Source of the DNA: Nitrospirota bacterium | Lineage (GTDB): Bacteria > Nitrospirota > UBA9217 | Assembly (NCBI GenBank): GCA_963737155.1 | Contig: CAVTRN010000001.1 | Span: 1,600,001 to 1,664,000, forward strand | Reading direction: 5' to 3' | Length of the DNA: 64,000 bases | In this document: in pieces, positions 8,495 to 19,394 of the stretch | Layout of the letters: every line of letters begins with the position of its first letter | Position numbering within the stretch: the first letter of the stretch is position 1 | The notes under the pieces: model-generated | Seen by the model: only the letters and a program-made list of their open reading frames with translations | Told to the model about the DNA's origin: nothing | The model's database searches: none | Program-made: the position numbers and the translations under genes

Positions 8495-11188
8495 TCAGTT
8501 TTGCTCCTCTTCCATGTTCGTCGCTGGAGGAAGGCCCACTGCCGGCAGAGTGAACCGGAATACAGCGCCACCACCTTCACGGTTCTCGGCCCATATTTTG
8601 CCGCCATGGGCATTGATGATGGTGCGGCAAATGGCGAGTCCCAGTCCGACGCCGCCGCTTGTGCTGCGGCCTCGAACGAATTTATCGAAGATGTGTTCCT
8701 CCTCTCCCGGGGGAATTCCCTGTCCCCGGTCAGCAAGTTCGACGGTTACTGTATAAAAGGATTCAGATGCCGAAAGCTCGAGCGGCGTCCCTGGGGGAGA
8801 ATATTTAATGGCATTGTCAAATAGGTTCATGAAAACCTGCTCAAGGAGCAGACTGTCAAAGGGAATGAGAGGCAGGTTTCCCTGGAGATTCACCGTCACA
8901 GGATGATCATTTAGTCGTTCTCCGAGTCGGTTCAAGACGGCACCCACGATCTCCTCAAGGGGCTGCCACTCCTTATTCAAATTGATCGCGCCTGATTCGA
9001 GGCGGGTCATGTCGAGAACATTCTTTATGATCCGGTTCAGATGCTCAGCCTCCTCCTGAATGGTCTGCAGCAATTCCGCGCGGGTATTTCTGTCGAAGGC
9101 AATGTCCTTCTGTAGCAGCGTTGTTGCGGCCCCCGTGATTGCTGAAAGGGGTGTTCGCAGATCATGAGATATGGAACTGAGCAGGGTATTACGGAGACTC
9201 TCCGTTTCCGCCTTCAAAAGGGCCCGTTGCGCCGCCTCGCCCAAGAACGACCGTTCGATCCCAATGGCTGTCTGGTTCGCAAAGGCCTCGAGATAGTGGA
9301 ACTGTTCAGGTTCAAAACCATCGCCCGTGTTTTTTGGCAGAATGCCGATCACGCCTATTGCACCGGATGATGCGACGAGAGGCAGATACAACGCTTTGGC
9401 GCCAGGGAGCGTGTCCGTGCCGACCCCGGCCGGCTGACGATGTTCGAATACCCACTGGGCGACACTGATTTCCTGTTGGTCCGGCGTAAACGAAGAGGTG
9501 CCGCTAATCGCCGGCACCAGATGGTTCTGATCGTTGGGAATAAGGATAGTGACTTGGCTGTCGAACACCTCGCTGATGTGCTTTATGGAGATTTCGGAGA
9601 GCCGGACTGTACCCCGCTCCCGGACTAGGTCGCGGCTCAGTTTGTAGAGCGCCGCGGTTCTACGTTCGCGCAATCGAGCGGATTCGGCCTGCTGTCTGAC
9701 CCGTATCGTCAATCGGCTAATGACCAGGGAGACTAAAAACATTACGGCGAACGTGAGGAAAAACCGGACATTGCTGACAGTGAAGCTATAATAAGGCGGA
9801 ACGAAGAAAAAATCGAACGCGGCGATGCTCAGAATGGCGGCGAACAAGGAGGGCCATTTGCTTGCACGGATCGAGGTAATAACGACGCTGAGCAGATACA
9901 GCATTGCGATGTCCAACTGCTCGAAATAAGGGACCAGGAGTTTGGCGAGTCCCGTACAGGCCGCAACCGTCAAAATGCTCCATGCCCATTCCCGTTTGCG
10001 CCAGGTACGGGGACGGCCCGTCTGAGCGGGGTGCATGTGTGGTTCTGAGACGTCGCCCGAAATCACATATACATCGATGTCACCGCTTCCCCTCACGATC
10101 TCATCAAGCGGCGAACCGAAAAGCTTGTCCTTCCACCGGGGATGAGTCGGTTTCCCAATGATGATTTTGCTTACATTCCGGCTGCGCGCATACGTAAGGA
10201 TCTCATCGCTCATTCGCTGGCCGGAGAGCGTCACGGTCTCCGCGCCTAGGCTCTCGGCGAGCCGCATATGGTCAGTAAGCTGTCTGAGATCCTGCTCCGA
10301 GGGTCTTACCTTCGAAGGGGCCTCAACGTACACGGCGATCCATTCCGTGCGAAGCACTGCGGCAAGCCGTCGGGCGGCATGGATCAGCCGGATCGAACGC
10401 GGGTTCGCGCCTATACATACCATGATCCTCTCGCCTGCCGGCCATATGTTTGTGATCCCTTTGTCCTGCCTGTAGACCTGCATCTGCTCATCCACGCGGT
10501 CGGCGGTCCGGCGGAGGGCAAGTTCCCGAAGAGCTATCAGGTTTCCCTTCCGGAAAAAGTTTTTGATAGCTGCAGCAGCCTGCTCCGCCATGTATACTTT
10601 GCCGTCCTTCATGCGTTGGAGCAGATCATCGGGTGGCAGATCGATTAGTTCGATTTCATCGGCGCGGTCGAGCAGGAAATCGGGGACCGTTTCGCGAACG
10701 GTGATTCCTGTGATCTGGGCAACCACGTCATTGAGGCTTTCGAGGTGCTGCACGTTCATCGTGGTGTAGACGGCAATACCGGCGCCAAGCAGTTCATAGA
10801 TATCCTGCCAGCGTTTCTTGTGCCGTGATCCCGGAGCATTGGTATGGGCGAGTTCATCAACGAGAATAACGGCGGGTTTGCGGCGGAGGACAGCGTCGAT
10901 ATCGAATTCCTTGAGGACTGTGCCGCGATATTCGACGTTCCGACGGGGCAGAATTTCCAATCCTTTGAGGAGCACTTCGGTCTCTTGGCGGTTGTGAGTC
11001 TCGGCAAGACCGACGACGATATCGACACCCTCTGAAAGTTTCTGTCGCGCGGCTTCAAGCATGGCATAGGTCTTGCCGACACCTGGCGCTGCGCCGAAAA
11101 ATATCTTCAGCTGTCCTTCGCGCTTCCGCTCTTCCTCTGCGCGGGCACGCTGGAGAAGCTGGTCGGGATCCGGTCTACGTTCTTCCAT
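8495..11188 (-). CDS. kdpD: sensor histidine kinase KdpD
   Basis: GAAPGVGKTYAML Walker A, VDELAH, Usp domain, 4 TM, GAF, SHDLRTPL, GLGLAIC. Confidence 0.95.
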   Translation of the reverse strand: MEERRPDPDQLLQRARAEEERKREGQLKIFFGAAPGVGKTYAMLEAARQKLSEGVDIVVGLAETHNRQETEVLLKGLEILPRRNVEYRGTVLKEFDIDAVLRRKPAVILVDELAHTNAPGSRHKKRWQDIYELLGAGIAVYTTMNVQHLESLNDVVAQITGITVRETVPDFLLDRADEIELIDLPPDDLLQRMKDGKVYMAEQAAAAIKNFFRKGNLIALRELALRRTADRVDEQMQVYRQDKGITNIWPAGERIMVCIGANPRSIRLIHAARRLAAVLRTEWIAVYVEAPSKVRPSEQDLRQLTDHMRLAESLGAETVTLSGQRMSDEILTYARSRNVSKIIIGKPTHPRWKDKLFGSPLDEIVRGSGDIDVYVISGDVSEPHMHPAQTGRPRTWRKREWAWSILTVAACTGLAKLLVPYFEQLDIAMLYLLSVVITSIRASKWPSLFAAILSIAAFDFFFVPPYYSFTVSNVRFFLTFAVMFLVSLVISRLTIRVRQQAESARLRERRTAALYKLSRDLVRERGTVRLSEISIKHISEVFDSQVTILIPNDQNHLVPAISGTSSFTPDQQEISVAQWVFEHRQPAGVGTDTLPGAKALYLPLVASSGAIGVIGILPKNTGDGFEPEQFHYLEAFANQTAIGIERSFLGEAAQRALLKAETESLRNTLLSSISHDLRTPLSAITGAATTLLQKDIAFDRNTRAELLQTIQEEAEHLNRIIKNVLDMTRLESGAINLNKEWQPLEEIVGAVLNRLGERLNDHPVTVNLQGNLPLIPFDSLLLEQVFMNLFDNAIKYSPPGTPLELSASESFYTVTVELADRGQGIPPGEEEHIFDKFVRGRSTSGGVGLGLAICRTIINAHGGKIWAENREGGGAVFRFTLPAVGLPPATNMEEEQN

Positions 11189-11300
11189 AAATTAGTAAGC
11201 TCTTAAGAATGGACAGTGACAACCTTTATCAACTCTATTTTCCCACATTTTTTGCATCCTGTGCAAATTTTTTATAATAAATGAACTGGAACAAAATTGC

Positions 11301-11338
11301 CGTAAAAAAGTGTTAAAGTGCATTAAAATTATTTAAAG
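11301..11338 (-). promoter_or_regulatory. KdpE-box-like direct repeats upstream of kdpD
   Basis: Minus strand TTTAAA-n4-TTTAAT-n4-TTTAAC-n4-TTTTAC, ~10-bp period. Confidence 0.45.
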
Positions 11339-11830
11339 TTGGAAAATTGTCGAACTAAGTGAGGATTTGCCTGCGTTAAATGAGAATGGGCAGGATAAAT
11401 TGTTTTCCGTTAAGCAAGGGCAGGAGGTCTGGATGGTTCCCCTATTTGACTTTTTCCCCGATGATACTATCAAGCTTGCGACATCACCTTTTTTTGCGGT
11501 GTCGTCGGCGTTCAACTCCCCTTTGACCACATCACCTTTGCTATGATCCGCTGCGATATACGATAGCGCACTGATTTTCCCTTCCACGAGTTTATGTGAC
11601 CTAGTTTCGCGACATCTCGGGAGGACATCATTCAAGGACATCGCTTTCCTCACATCTGTTGTATCGCTCTGGACCAGGCAAACAATGTCCCCTGTCTCCA
11701 TGATTCCCCCGGCAGCCATCTCTGCACTCTCCGCTTGAATAGGGGAAAAGATGATACTGTTTGCCTTCAATGGGAAGACTCATGATGCCAAGAGATATAC
11801 GATGATTAAAATCCGTGCGACTATTTTCAT
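11333..11830 (-). pseudogene. secreted hypothetical protein between kdpC and kdpD, interrupted by in-frame TGA at codon 17
   Basis: ATG 11830 just after the kdpC stop: MKIVARILIIVYLLAS*VFPLKANS..., in frame with the 145-aa ORF; signal-peptide-like N-terminus. Confidence 0.55.
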
Positions 11831-11834
11831 GGTT

Positions 11835-12404
11835 CTATTGCCCATCAAGCGCCAGATTCAGTTCGAGGACATTGACCACAGGTTCGCCGACTACGCCGAT
11901 CCAGCGTCCATTCGTGTGCTCTTCTATCAGGGCGCGGATCTTGGATTCATCGATACCACGGTTTTTCGCTATCCGATGCAATTGGTACTCGGCTGCAGCA
12001 GGGCTTATGTGCGGGTCGAGGCCGCTGCCCGAAGCGGTAACTAGATCCACCGGGATCTTTGCCTCGTAGCCTGGATCTGCTGACTGCAAGGCTTGAATCC
12101 GCGCTTGCACTGCCTTCATGAGGTCAGGATTGTTCGGGCCGAGATTAGACCCTGATGACGACCCGCCGTTAAAAGGGTAGGGGGTTGTTGCGGAAAGTCT
12201 TCCCCAAAAATATTTGGAGTTCTCGAACTGTTGGCCGAGAAGCGAAGAGCCAACCGGTTTTCCATTCTTTGTAATGATGCTGCCGTTTGCCTGGCCCGGG
12301 AAAATAACTTGCGCCAGTCCGGTCACGGCAAGGGGATAAATCAGCCCCGTGATTATTGTGAACAACAGAAGGGACATGAGCGAGTTGCGAATCATGGTTA
12401 ACAT
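11835..12404 (-). CDS. kdpC: K+-transporting ATPase subunit C (canonical length, 189 aa)
   Basis: QANGS, GSSLLGQ, SGSNLGP, VTASGSGLDPHIS, VNVLELNLALD; GGAGG RBS before ATG 12404. Confidence 0.95.
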   Translation of the reverse strand: MLTMIRNSLMSLLLFTIITGLIYPLAVTGLAQVIFPGQANGSIITKNGKPVGSSLLGQQFENSKYFWGRLSATTPYPFNGGSSSGSNLGPNNPDLMKAVQARIQALQSADPGYEAKIPVDLVTASGSGLDPHISPAAAEYQLHRIAKNRGIDESKIRALIEEHTNGRWIGVVGEPVVNVLELNLALDGQ

Positions 12405-12417
12405 GGTTTCCTCCGTC

Positions 12418-14493
12418 TTAAACAATATGCAAAGCCGTTATAAGTAAATCGATCAGTTTAATACCTATGAACGGAACGATCAGCCCGCCGACACCATATA
12501 TAAGAGTGTTATTTCGTAAGACTACCGACGCACCGAGGGGGCGATATTTCACTCCTCGAAGGGCCAAGGGAACCAGAAAAATAATAACCAGGGCGTTAAA
12601 AATTACGGCAGACAACACAGCACTCTGTGGCGTTGCAAGGCCCATGATATTGAGAGCCCTGAGCGCTGGATAAATGGAGATGAACGCCGCAGGGAGAATG
12701 GCGAAATATTTCGCCACGTCATTCGCTATGCTGAAGGTGGTGAGTGTGCCGCGGGTCATGAGCAATTGCTTCCCGATCTCGACAATCTGAATGAGCTTCG
12801 TCGGGTTGGAATCGAGGTCCACCAGGTTGCCTGCCTCCTTTGCGGCTTGGGTCCCGCTGTGCATGGCCACCGCAACGTCAGCCTGAGCAAGGGCCGGTGC
12901 GTCGTTTGTTCCGTCGCCGGTCATGGCTACCAGCCTTCCGCCCTTCTGATATTCACGGATCAATTTGAGCTTGGTCTCCGGCGTTGCCTGGGCCAGGAAA
13001 TCGTCGACGCCTGCCTCGGCCGCAACTGCCGCCGCGGTGAGTGGGTTATCGCCGGTGATCATGACGGTTCTGATACCCATTTTACGCATATCAGCGAATC
13101 GTTCCTTAATGCCGCCTTTCACAATATCGTTCAGCCGTATGACGCCGAGCACCTTTGGACCTTCGGCTACTACGAGCGGTGTGGCTCCCTGCTTTGCGAT
13201 GTCATCCACGATCGACCGAACATCGACAGGAAACATACCACCTTTTTGTTTGACATACTGTTCCACGGCGTCGACCGCGCCCTTGCGCACTTCCCGGGGG
13301 CCGAGGTTTACGCCGCTCATCCTGGTTTGGGCAGTGAAGGGCACAAAAACTGCGCCGATGCTATGAAGGTCCCTCGCTCGAAGTGTGTATTTCTCTTTCG
13401 CCAGGACGACGATGCTTCTTCCTTCCGGCGTTTCATCGGCAAGAGAGGCAAGTTGTGCCGCGTCCGCAAGCGTTGAAACATGTACCCCTGGAGCTGGAAT
13501 AAACTCCGTTGCTTGGCGGTTTCCAAGCGTGATTGTGCCGGTCTTGTCCAGGAGTAAAACGTCAACATCTCCGGCCGCTTCTACGGCGCGGCCTGACATG
13601 GCGATCACATTGGCTTGAATCATCCGGTCCATGCCCGCGATGCCAATTGCCGCGAGCAGGCCACCGATGGTAGTTGGGATGAGGCAGACCAGAAGCGCCA
13701 CCAAAACGGTGATGGTCACAGGGCTCCCCTGGCCCGCGGCGTTAACGCTGAAAATGGAGTAGGGAAGCAGCGTGACGGTTACGAGCAGAAAAATGATCGT
13801 CATTCCCGCAAGTAAAATGTCGAGAGCTATCTCGTTCGGAGTTTTTTGGCGTTTTGCACCCTCGACCATGCTGATCATTCGATCGAGGAATGTCTCGCCC
13901 GGACTCGATGTAATCCGCACAACGAGCCAGTCGGATAGGACCATGGTTCCGCCCGTTACCGCGCTCCGGTCCCCGCCGCTTTCACGGATGACCGGTGCGC
14001 TTTCTCCAGTCACGGCGCTTTCATTTACCGATGCCACACCCTCGATTACTTCGCCGTCCATGGGGACGATATCGCCTGCTTCCACCAAGACGATGTCTCC
14101 TTTTTTGAGTTGCGAGGAAGACACCGGACTAACTTCTGATTTAAGTTCAGGATTGGCAATTTGTTTGGCCATGACATCGCGCCGCGTTTGGCGAAGCGCT
14201 GAGGCCTGTGCCTTACCCCTGCCCTCTGCCATGGATTCGGCGAAATTGGAGAAAAGCACCGTTATCCAGAGCCAGATGGATATTTGCAGAATGAATCCAG
14301 GCGATGCCTCGCCCTTGCCGGTAAGGACGGCATGAAAGAACAGAAGCGTCGTAAGAATGCTCCCCACCTCCACGACGAACATGACAGGGTTCTTGATCTG
14401 GTAGACGGGATTGAGTTTTTTTATCGAATCCCACATCGCCTGTTTGAGGATTGTTGGTTCGAAGAGAGATTTCTTTTTAGACTTGCTACTCAT
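12418..14493 (-). CDS. kdpB: K+-transporting ATPase subunit B (P-type ATPase)
   Basis: [33 protein letters not shown]. Confidence 0.96.
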   Translation of the reverse strand: MSSKSKKKSLFEPTILKQAMWDSIKKLNPVYQIKNPVMFVVEVGSILTTLLFFHAVLTGKGEASPGFILQISIWLWITVLFSNFAESMAEGRGKAQASALRQTRRDVMAKQIANPELKSEVSPVSSSQLKKGDIVLVEAGDIVPMDGEVIEGVASVNESAVTGESAPVIRESGGDRSAVTGGTMVLSDWLVVRITSSPGETFLDRMISMVEGAKRQKTPNEIALDILLAGMTIIFLLVTVTLLPYSIFSVNAAGQGSPVTITVLVALLVCLIPTTIGGLLAAIGIAGMDRMIQANVIAMSGRAVEAAGDVDVLLLDKTGTITLGNRQATEFIPAPGVHVSTLADAAQLASLADETPEGRSIVVLAKEKYTLRARDLHSIGAVFVPFTAQTRMSGVNLGPREVRKGAVDAVEQYVKQKGGMFPVDVRSIVDDIAKQGATPLVVAEGPKVLGVIRLNDIVKGGIKERFADMRKMGIRTVMITGDNPLTAAAVAAEAGVDDFLAQATPETKLKLIREYQKGGRLVAMTGDGTNDAPALAQADVAVAMHSGTQAAKEAGNLVDLDSNPTKLIQIVEIGKQLLMTRGTLTTFSIANDVAKYFAILPAAFISIYPALRALNIMGLATPQSAVLSAVIFNALVIIFLVPLALRGVKYRPLGASVVLRNNTLIYGVGGLIVPFIGIKLIDLLITALHIV

Positions 14494-14519
14494 TGTCACT
14501 CCTCCTGTAATGATTCCTG

Positions 14520-16322
14520 CTAACGCGCAGCCATCAACTTTTCGGCGATCGGTCCGAGGGCCCAGGCTGGCATGAACGTCAGAGCGCCTACGATCACGAT
14601 GACTCCGATTAGGAGCGCCACGAACAGGGGCGTATGAGTTGGTAGCGTGCCTAAGCTTGCCGGTACCTGTTTCTTCTTTGCCAGAGATCCCGCAATGGCT
14701 AGCACTGGTATGATCACCCAGAACCGGCCGAGGAACATGGAAATGCCGAGAGCGGTATTATAGAAAACGGTGTTTGCGTTTAAACCCGCAAAGGCGCTGC
14801 CGTTGTTGTTCGCGGCTGACGAGAAGGCATAGAGAATCTCTGAAAATCCGTGTGGCCCAGGGTTTGCGACTCCCGCAACTCCCGCTTTTGTCGTAACCCC
14901 GACAGCCGTTCCGATTTTGACCAAGGCATTAACAATGAGCACCACGAGCGCGGCCATCTTCATCTCGAACATCTCAATCTTTTTGCCCATATACTCAGGT
15001 GTGCGGCCGACCATAAGGCCTGCTATGAAAACCGTAATGATGGCCATGATCAGCATGCCGTAGAGCCCGGAGCCCACACCACCAAAAATGACCTCCCCTA
15101 GTTCGATAAGCGCCAGCGGGTAAAGGCCGCCCATTGGGGTGTAGGAGTCATGCATGGAATTGACCGAGCCGTTCGAGGCTGCCGTGGTCGCTGTGGCCCA
15201 GATCGTGGAATTCACGATCCCGAAACGGGCCTCCTTGCCTTCCATGTTGCCACCGGGCTGGAGATTGCTTGCCTGCTGATCTATGCCGAGCGAAGGAAAG
15301 CGTGGATTGCCGCCCTGTTCGCTCCATGTGCATAAGAACGTCAGCGTTACGAGCACAATGGTCATTGCGGTGAGGAGCGACCACCCCTGTTTCATATCCC
15401 CCACTATTTTGCCGAAGGTAATGCAGAGAGCGGCTGGTATCAGCAAAATAGCTAGTACCTCCAGAAAATTGGAGAATGCTGTTGGGTTCTCAAAGGGATG
15501 GGCTGAATTCACGTTGAAGAATCCGCCGCCGTTTGTGCCGAGCTGCTTTATGGCGACCTGAGAAGCAACAGGTCCAAGTGGTATGATCTGCTCCTTCATT
15601 TCCGCTTTCTCGGTCACGGGGTTGCCCTTTTCATCCTTCACCGGGTTGCCCTGGGCATCGAGCTTCGGGTTATCATAGGTGATGGTCTGAGTAAGTGTCA
15701 CATTCTTATTCGCGCTGAAGTTCTGCACAACTCCCTGCGAAACGAGCAGCAGCGAATAGATCAGCGAAAGCGGAATCAGGATATATAGCGTAGAACGGGT
15801 GAGATCGACCCAGAAGTTTCCGATGGTTTCCGCAGAGTGCCTTTTGAACCCACGGATCAATGCAACAAGCACGGCCATGCCTGCTGCTGCTGACAGGAAA
15901 TTCTGTACTCCCAGTCCGACCATCTGGGTGAGGTAGCTCATCGTTGTTTCGCCGCTGTACCCCTGCCAGTTGGTGTTTGTGATAAAGCTGACGGCAGTAT
16001 TAAAAGAAGAATCAGGGGAGACGGACAGGAACTTCTGTGGATTCAGCGGCAGTATTCCCTGTAGGCGTTGTAGGAGATAGAGGAAGAGCAATCCTGTAGC
16101 GCTGAAAACCAGCACAGCTCCGGTGTACTTTTTCCATCCCATCTCTTCCTCCGGCTTAATGCCGCATAGCCGGTAGAAAAGGCGTTCAACAGGGCTGAGC
16201 ACGCGGTCTAGGCCGGAAGGCTGTCCTTCGTAAACCCGCGCCATGTAGACCCCGAGAGGTTTTGCGAGAAGCAACAAAACGCCAAAATATAAAATTATTT
16301 GCACAATATCATTGCCAGTCAT
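14520..16322 (-). CDS. kdpA: K+-transporting ATPase subunit A (canonical class)
   Basis: [18 protein letters not shown] and NNNGSA filter motifs; GRTPEY. Confidence 0.96.
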   Translation of the reverse strand: MTGNDIVQIILYFGVLLLLAKPLGVYMARVYEGQPSGLDRVLSPVERLFYRLCGIKPEEEMGWKKYTGAVLVFSATGLLFLYLLQRLQGILPLNPQKFLSVSPDSSFNTAVSFITNTNWQGYSGETTMSYLTQMVGLGVQNFLSAAAGMAVLVALIRGFKRHSAETIGNFWVDLTRSTLYILIPLSLIYSLLLVSQGVVQNFSANKNVTLTQTITYDNPKLDAQGNPVKDEKGNPVTEKAEMKEQIIPLGPVASQVAIKQLGTNGGGFFNVNSAHPFENPTAFSNFLEVLAILLIPAALCITFGKIVGDMKQGWSLLTAMTIVLVTLTFLCTWSEQGGNPRFPSLGIDQQASNLQPGGNMEGKEARFGIVNSTIWATATTAASNGSVNSMHDSYTPMGGLYPLALIELGEVIFGGVGSGLYGMLIMAIITVFIAGLMVGRTPEYMGKKIEMFEMKMAALVVLIVNALVKIGTAVGVTTKAGVAGVANPGPHGFSEILYAFSSAANNNGSAFAGLNANTVFYNTALGISMFLGRFWVIIPVLAIAGSLAKKKQVPASLGTLPTHTPLFVALLIGVIVIVGALTFMPAWALGPIAEKLMAAR

Positions 16323-16411
16323 GAGAATGTCTCCGGTTTAAGAAGTGCTATCATGAGATATATTAACAAACCTACGGCGACTAGGCCGCCTATCCAATAG
16401 AATAATTCCAT
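16319..16411 (-). CDS. kdpF: KdpF (30 aa: [30 protein letters not shown])
   Basis: YL..AL..PE.F signature, GGAGG RBS, ATGA overlap with kdpA; absent from the ORF track. Confidence 0.9.
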   Translation of the reverse strand: MELFYWIGGLVAVGLLIYLMIALLKPETFS

Positions 16412-16421
16412 AGTGATCCTC

Positions 16422-16502
16422 CTAGACTCGTTCAATGAGCTTCATGAGCAGCCAGCTGAATGCGAATAACGCTATACAGATCCCAAGATAGACAATGTCC
16501 AT
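16422..16502 (-). CDS. small hydrophobic kdp leader peptide (26 aa: MDIVYLGICIALFAFSWLLMKLIERV)
   Basis: AGGAGG RBS, single TM helix, paralogous peptides head the other kdp units. Confidence 0.75.
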   Translation of the reverse strand: MDIVYLGICIALFAFSWLLMKLIERV

Positions 16503-16543
16503 CGGCTACCTCCTTTTTCATGACCAATTTATATCACAATAGA

Positions 16544-16593
16544 TAATTAATATGCTATTAAGATTCATCGAAAAAGAATAAAAATAGTATAAA
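16544..16593 (-). promoter_or_regulatory. KdpE-box-like operator of kdp operon 1
   Basis: Minus strand TTTATActattTTTATTctttt, resembling the E. coli KdpE site (TTTATA-n5-TTTACA), with further weaker ~11-bp repeats. Confidence 0.6.
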
Positions 16594-16733
16594 TGCTTTT
16601 CCTGGGTTCTCGTGGGGCATAAGTTCTCAACCATTCAATATTTAATTGTATATTAGCTTATTTTGTGATGCAATACTTACAATATAATTTAAAAATAATA
16701 GCTAACTATCAGTAAACTAACAACTTGAGGTCA

Positions 16734-16859
16734 TGAACTTGCTATTCCACGCAGCTTGCTGCGTGGTCACCTTATAGAGGGAAGAGTAAGAGAAACCGTA
16801 GGTTTCTTAGTTGAAATCTTTCCTTTATACCCCGTCAGCTTGCTGCGGGGTATTGATTC
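16734..16859. mobile_element. palindrome-ended element, copy 2
   Basis: CCACGCAGCTTGCTGCGTGG and CCCCGTCAGCTTGCTGCGGGG terminal hairpins; interior similar to copy 1. Confidence 0.6.
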
Positions 16860-17349
16860 AGAGGCATGAGCCTGAAGTTAACGGATCGGCGTGAACCTGT
16901 TCAGTTGCTGTCCCAGTACATGGAAACAAAAATACTATATTTTCAGAAACAGCGCCTAACAGCGTTTTGCGAGAACAAGAGGCCTGCAAACCTATCTTCC
17001 GCAGTTACCCAACGGATGTTTTATAATTCAAGCAGTCAGCTTTTTTAAAAAGTCAGATTCTGAACAAAATCTTGGACTTTTATTGGCCTTATGAAGTAGC
17101 GACAGCTTGAGCCTCTGAAGGAGAAGTGCACAGTCTTGTGCGATTCGCTCGCGATGCGCAACCTGATCGTTATATTCCCCGTTGGCAACAACGCGTTCAG
17201 TGATCTTTTTTCTGAGAGTTCCTCGGTGCAGCAGGATAAGCCCCCTCGGTTGCTTTCAGCGGGTGCAATTTCCGCCTGGAATGCGTTTATAGCAGCTCAA
17301 AGTGAACTAAATTTGTGATAATTGACAAAAAATAGGCTAAGGTTGACTG

Positions 17350-17395
17350 AAAAAAAACCGGAACCCTGAAAAAAGGGTTCCGGTTGTGCTGGTTC
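17350..17395 (-). terminator. intrinsic terminator of glnA
   Basis: 12-bp stem AACCGGAACCCT/AGGGTTCCGGTT with A-tract on the left. Confidence 0.8.
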
Positions 17396-17409
17396 CTATA
17401 CATGATCTC

Positions 17410-18825
17410 TCAGATGTCATAGTAGAGGAAGAATTCATAGGGATGGGGCCGAAGACGGAGGGCATCCACTTCTTTGGTCCTCTTATACTCAATCCACATC
17501 TCGATGGCGTCCTTAGTGAACACGTCACCCTTCATTAGGAAAGCGTGATCCGCTTCGAGGTTGTTGAGCGCCTCGTCGAGCGAACCGGGCATGGACGGCA
17601 CATTGGCTAGTTCTTCGGGCGCCATATCGTAGATATCCTTGTCCAGCGGCTGGCCCGGATCGATCTTGTTTTCGATGCCGTCCAGACCGGCCATGAGCAT
17701 GGCAGCGAAAGCGAGATAGGGGTTGCAGGAAGGATCAGGGAACCTTACTTCGATACGTTTTGCTTTGGGGCTCGGGCTGTACATCGGGATGCGAACGGAA
17801 GCGGAACGGTTCCGGCTGGAGTAAGCCAGGTTTACCGGCGCTTCGAATCCTGGCGTCAGGCGCTTGTAGGAGTTCGTCGTAGGGTTCGTGAAAGCCGCGA
17901 TTACTTTTGCGTGCTTCAGAATGCCGCCGATATAATAGAGCGCAAGCTGGGACATTCCAGCATATTGGTCGCCGGCGAAAAGGGGCTTGCCACCCTTCCA
18001 GATGGACTGGTGGGTGTGCATGCCTGAGCCGTTGTCGCCGAAGAGCGGTTTGGGCATGAAAGTCACAGTTTTGTTGTGTCTCTTCGCCACGTTCTTAATA
18101 ATGTACTTGAAATACATGAGATGGTCTGCCATTTTGACCAGTGGGCTGAAGCGCATGTCGATCTCGGCCTGGCCTGCGGTTGCAACTTCGTGGTGCTGTT
18201 TTTCTACATAGATCCCGACCTTTTGCATTTCCTCAACCATCTCGGTGCGGATATCTTCCTGGCTATCGATCGGAGGCACTGGGAAGTAGCCCTCCTTATG
18301 GCGGGGCTTATAGCCCAGATTTGGATTTTCAACGCGGCCACTGTTCCAGATACCTTCCACGCTGTCAATGTGATAGTAGCCCTCGTGGGAATTCTGGTCG
18401 AAGCGGACATCATCGAAGATGAAGAATTCAGGTTCAGGACCCATGTAACTTGTGTCACCGATGCCGGTAGATTTCAGATAGGCTTCCGCCTTCTGTGCGA
18501 TATGGCGCGGGTCACGGCTATAGCGCTCCTTGGTGATGGGGTCTACGATGTTGCAGATAAGCGAGAGCGTGGGGTACTTGGTAAAAGGATCCATCACCGC
18601 AGTTTCCGCATCCGGGACCACGAGCATGTCGCTCGCATGGATGGCCTGCCAACCGCGGATACTTGAGCCATCGAACCCGAGCCCGTCTTCAAAAACGGCC
18701 TCGGTAAGTTCGGCAAGCGGCGCAGAGAAGTGCTGCCACAGCCCTGGGTAGTCCATGAATTTGAAGTCCACCATCATTGCCTTGTTTTCTTTTGCCAGCT
18801 TCAATACATCGTTGGGTGTCATCAT
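17410..18825 (-). CDS. glnA: glutamine synthetase type I
   Basis: [36 protein letters not shown] adenylylation region. Confidence 0.97.
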   Translation of the reverse strand: MMTPNDVLKLAKENKAMMVDFKFMDYPGLWQHFSAPLAELTEAVFEDGLGFDGSSIRGWQAIHASDMLVVPDAETAVMDPFTKYPTLSLICNIVDPITKERYSRDPRHIAQKAEAYLKSTGIGDTSYMGPEPEFFIFDDVRFDQNSHEGYYHIDSVEGIWNSGRVENPNLGYKPRHKEGYFPVPPIDSQEDIRTEMVEEMQKVGIYVEKQHHEVATAGQAEIDMRFSPLVKMADHLMYFKYIIKNVAKRHNKTVTFMPKPLFGDNGSGMHTHQSIWKGGKPLFAGDQYAGMSQLALYYIGGILKHAKVIAAFTNPTTNSYKRLTPGFEAPVNLAYSSRNRSASVRIPMYSPSPKAKRIEVRFPDPSCNPYLAFAAMLMAGLDGIENKIDPGQPLDKDIYDMAPEELANVPSMPGSLDEALNNLEADHAFLMKGDVFTKDAIEMWIEYKRTKEVDALRLRPHPYEFFLYYDI

Positions 18826-18918
18826 GTTCCTCCTCTATTATAATTTAGTTCTTAGTTTTGAGTTATAAGCCTTTGTCTCTGAACTGTAAACTCACGACTC
18901 AACACTCTCCGTTCGTTT

Positions 18919-19391
<473 letters not shown>

Positions 19392-19394
19392 AAA

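Noticed and set aside
8434-8736. N-terminal extension of the 336-aa kdpE ORF
   Set aside because: Overlaps kdpD; the receiver domain begins at 8433
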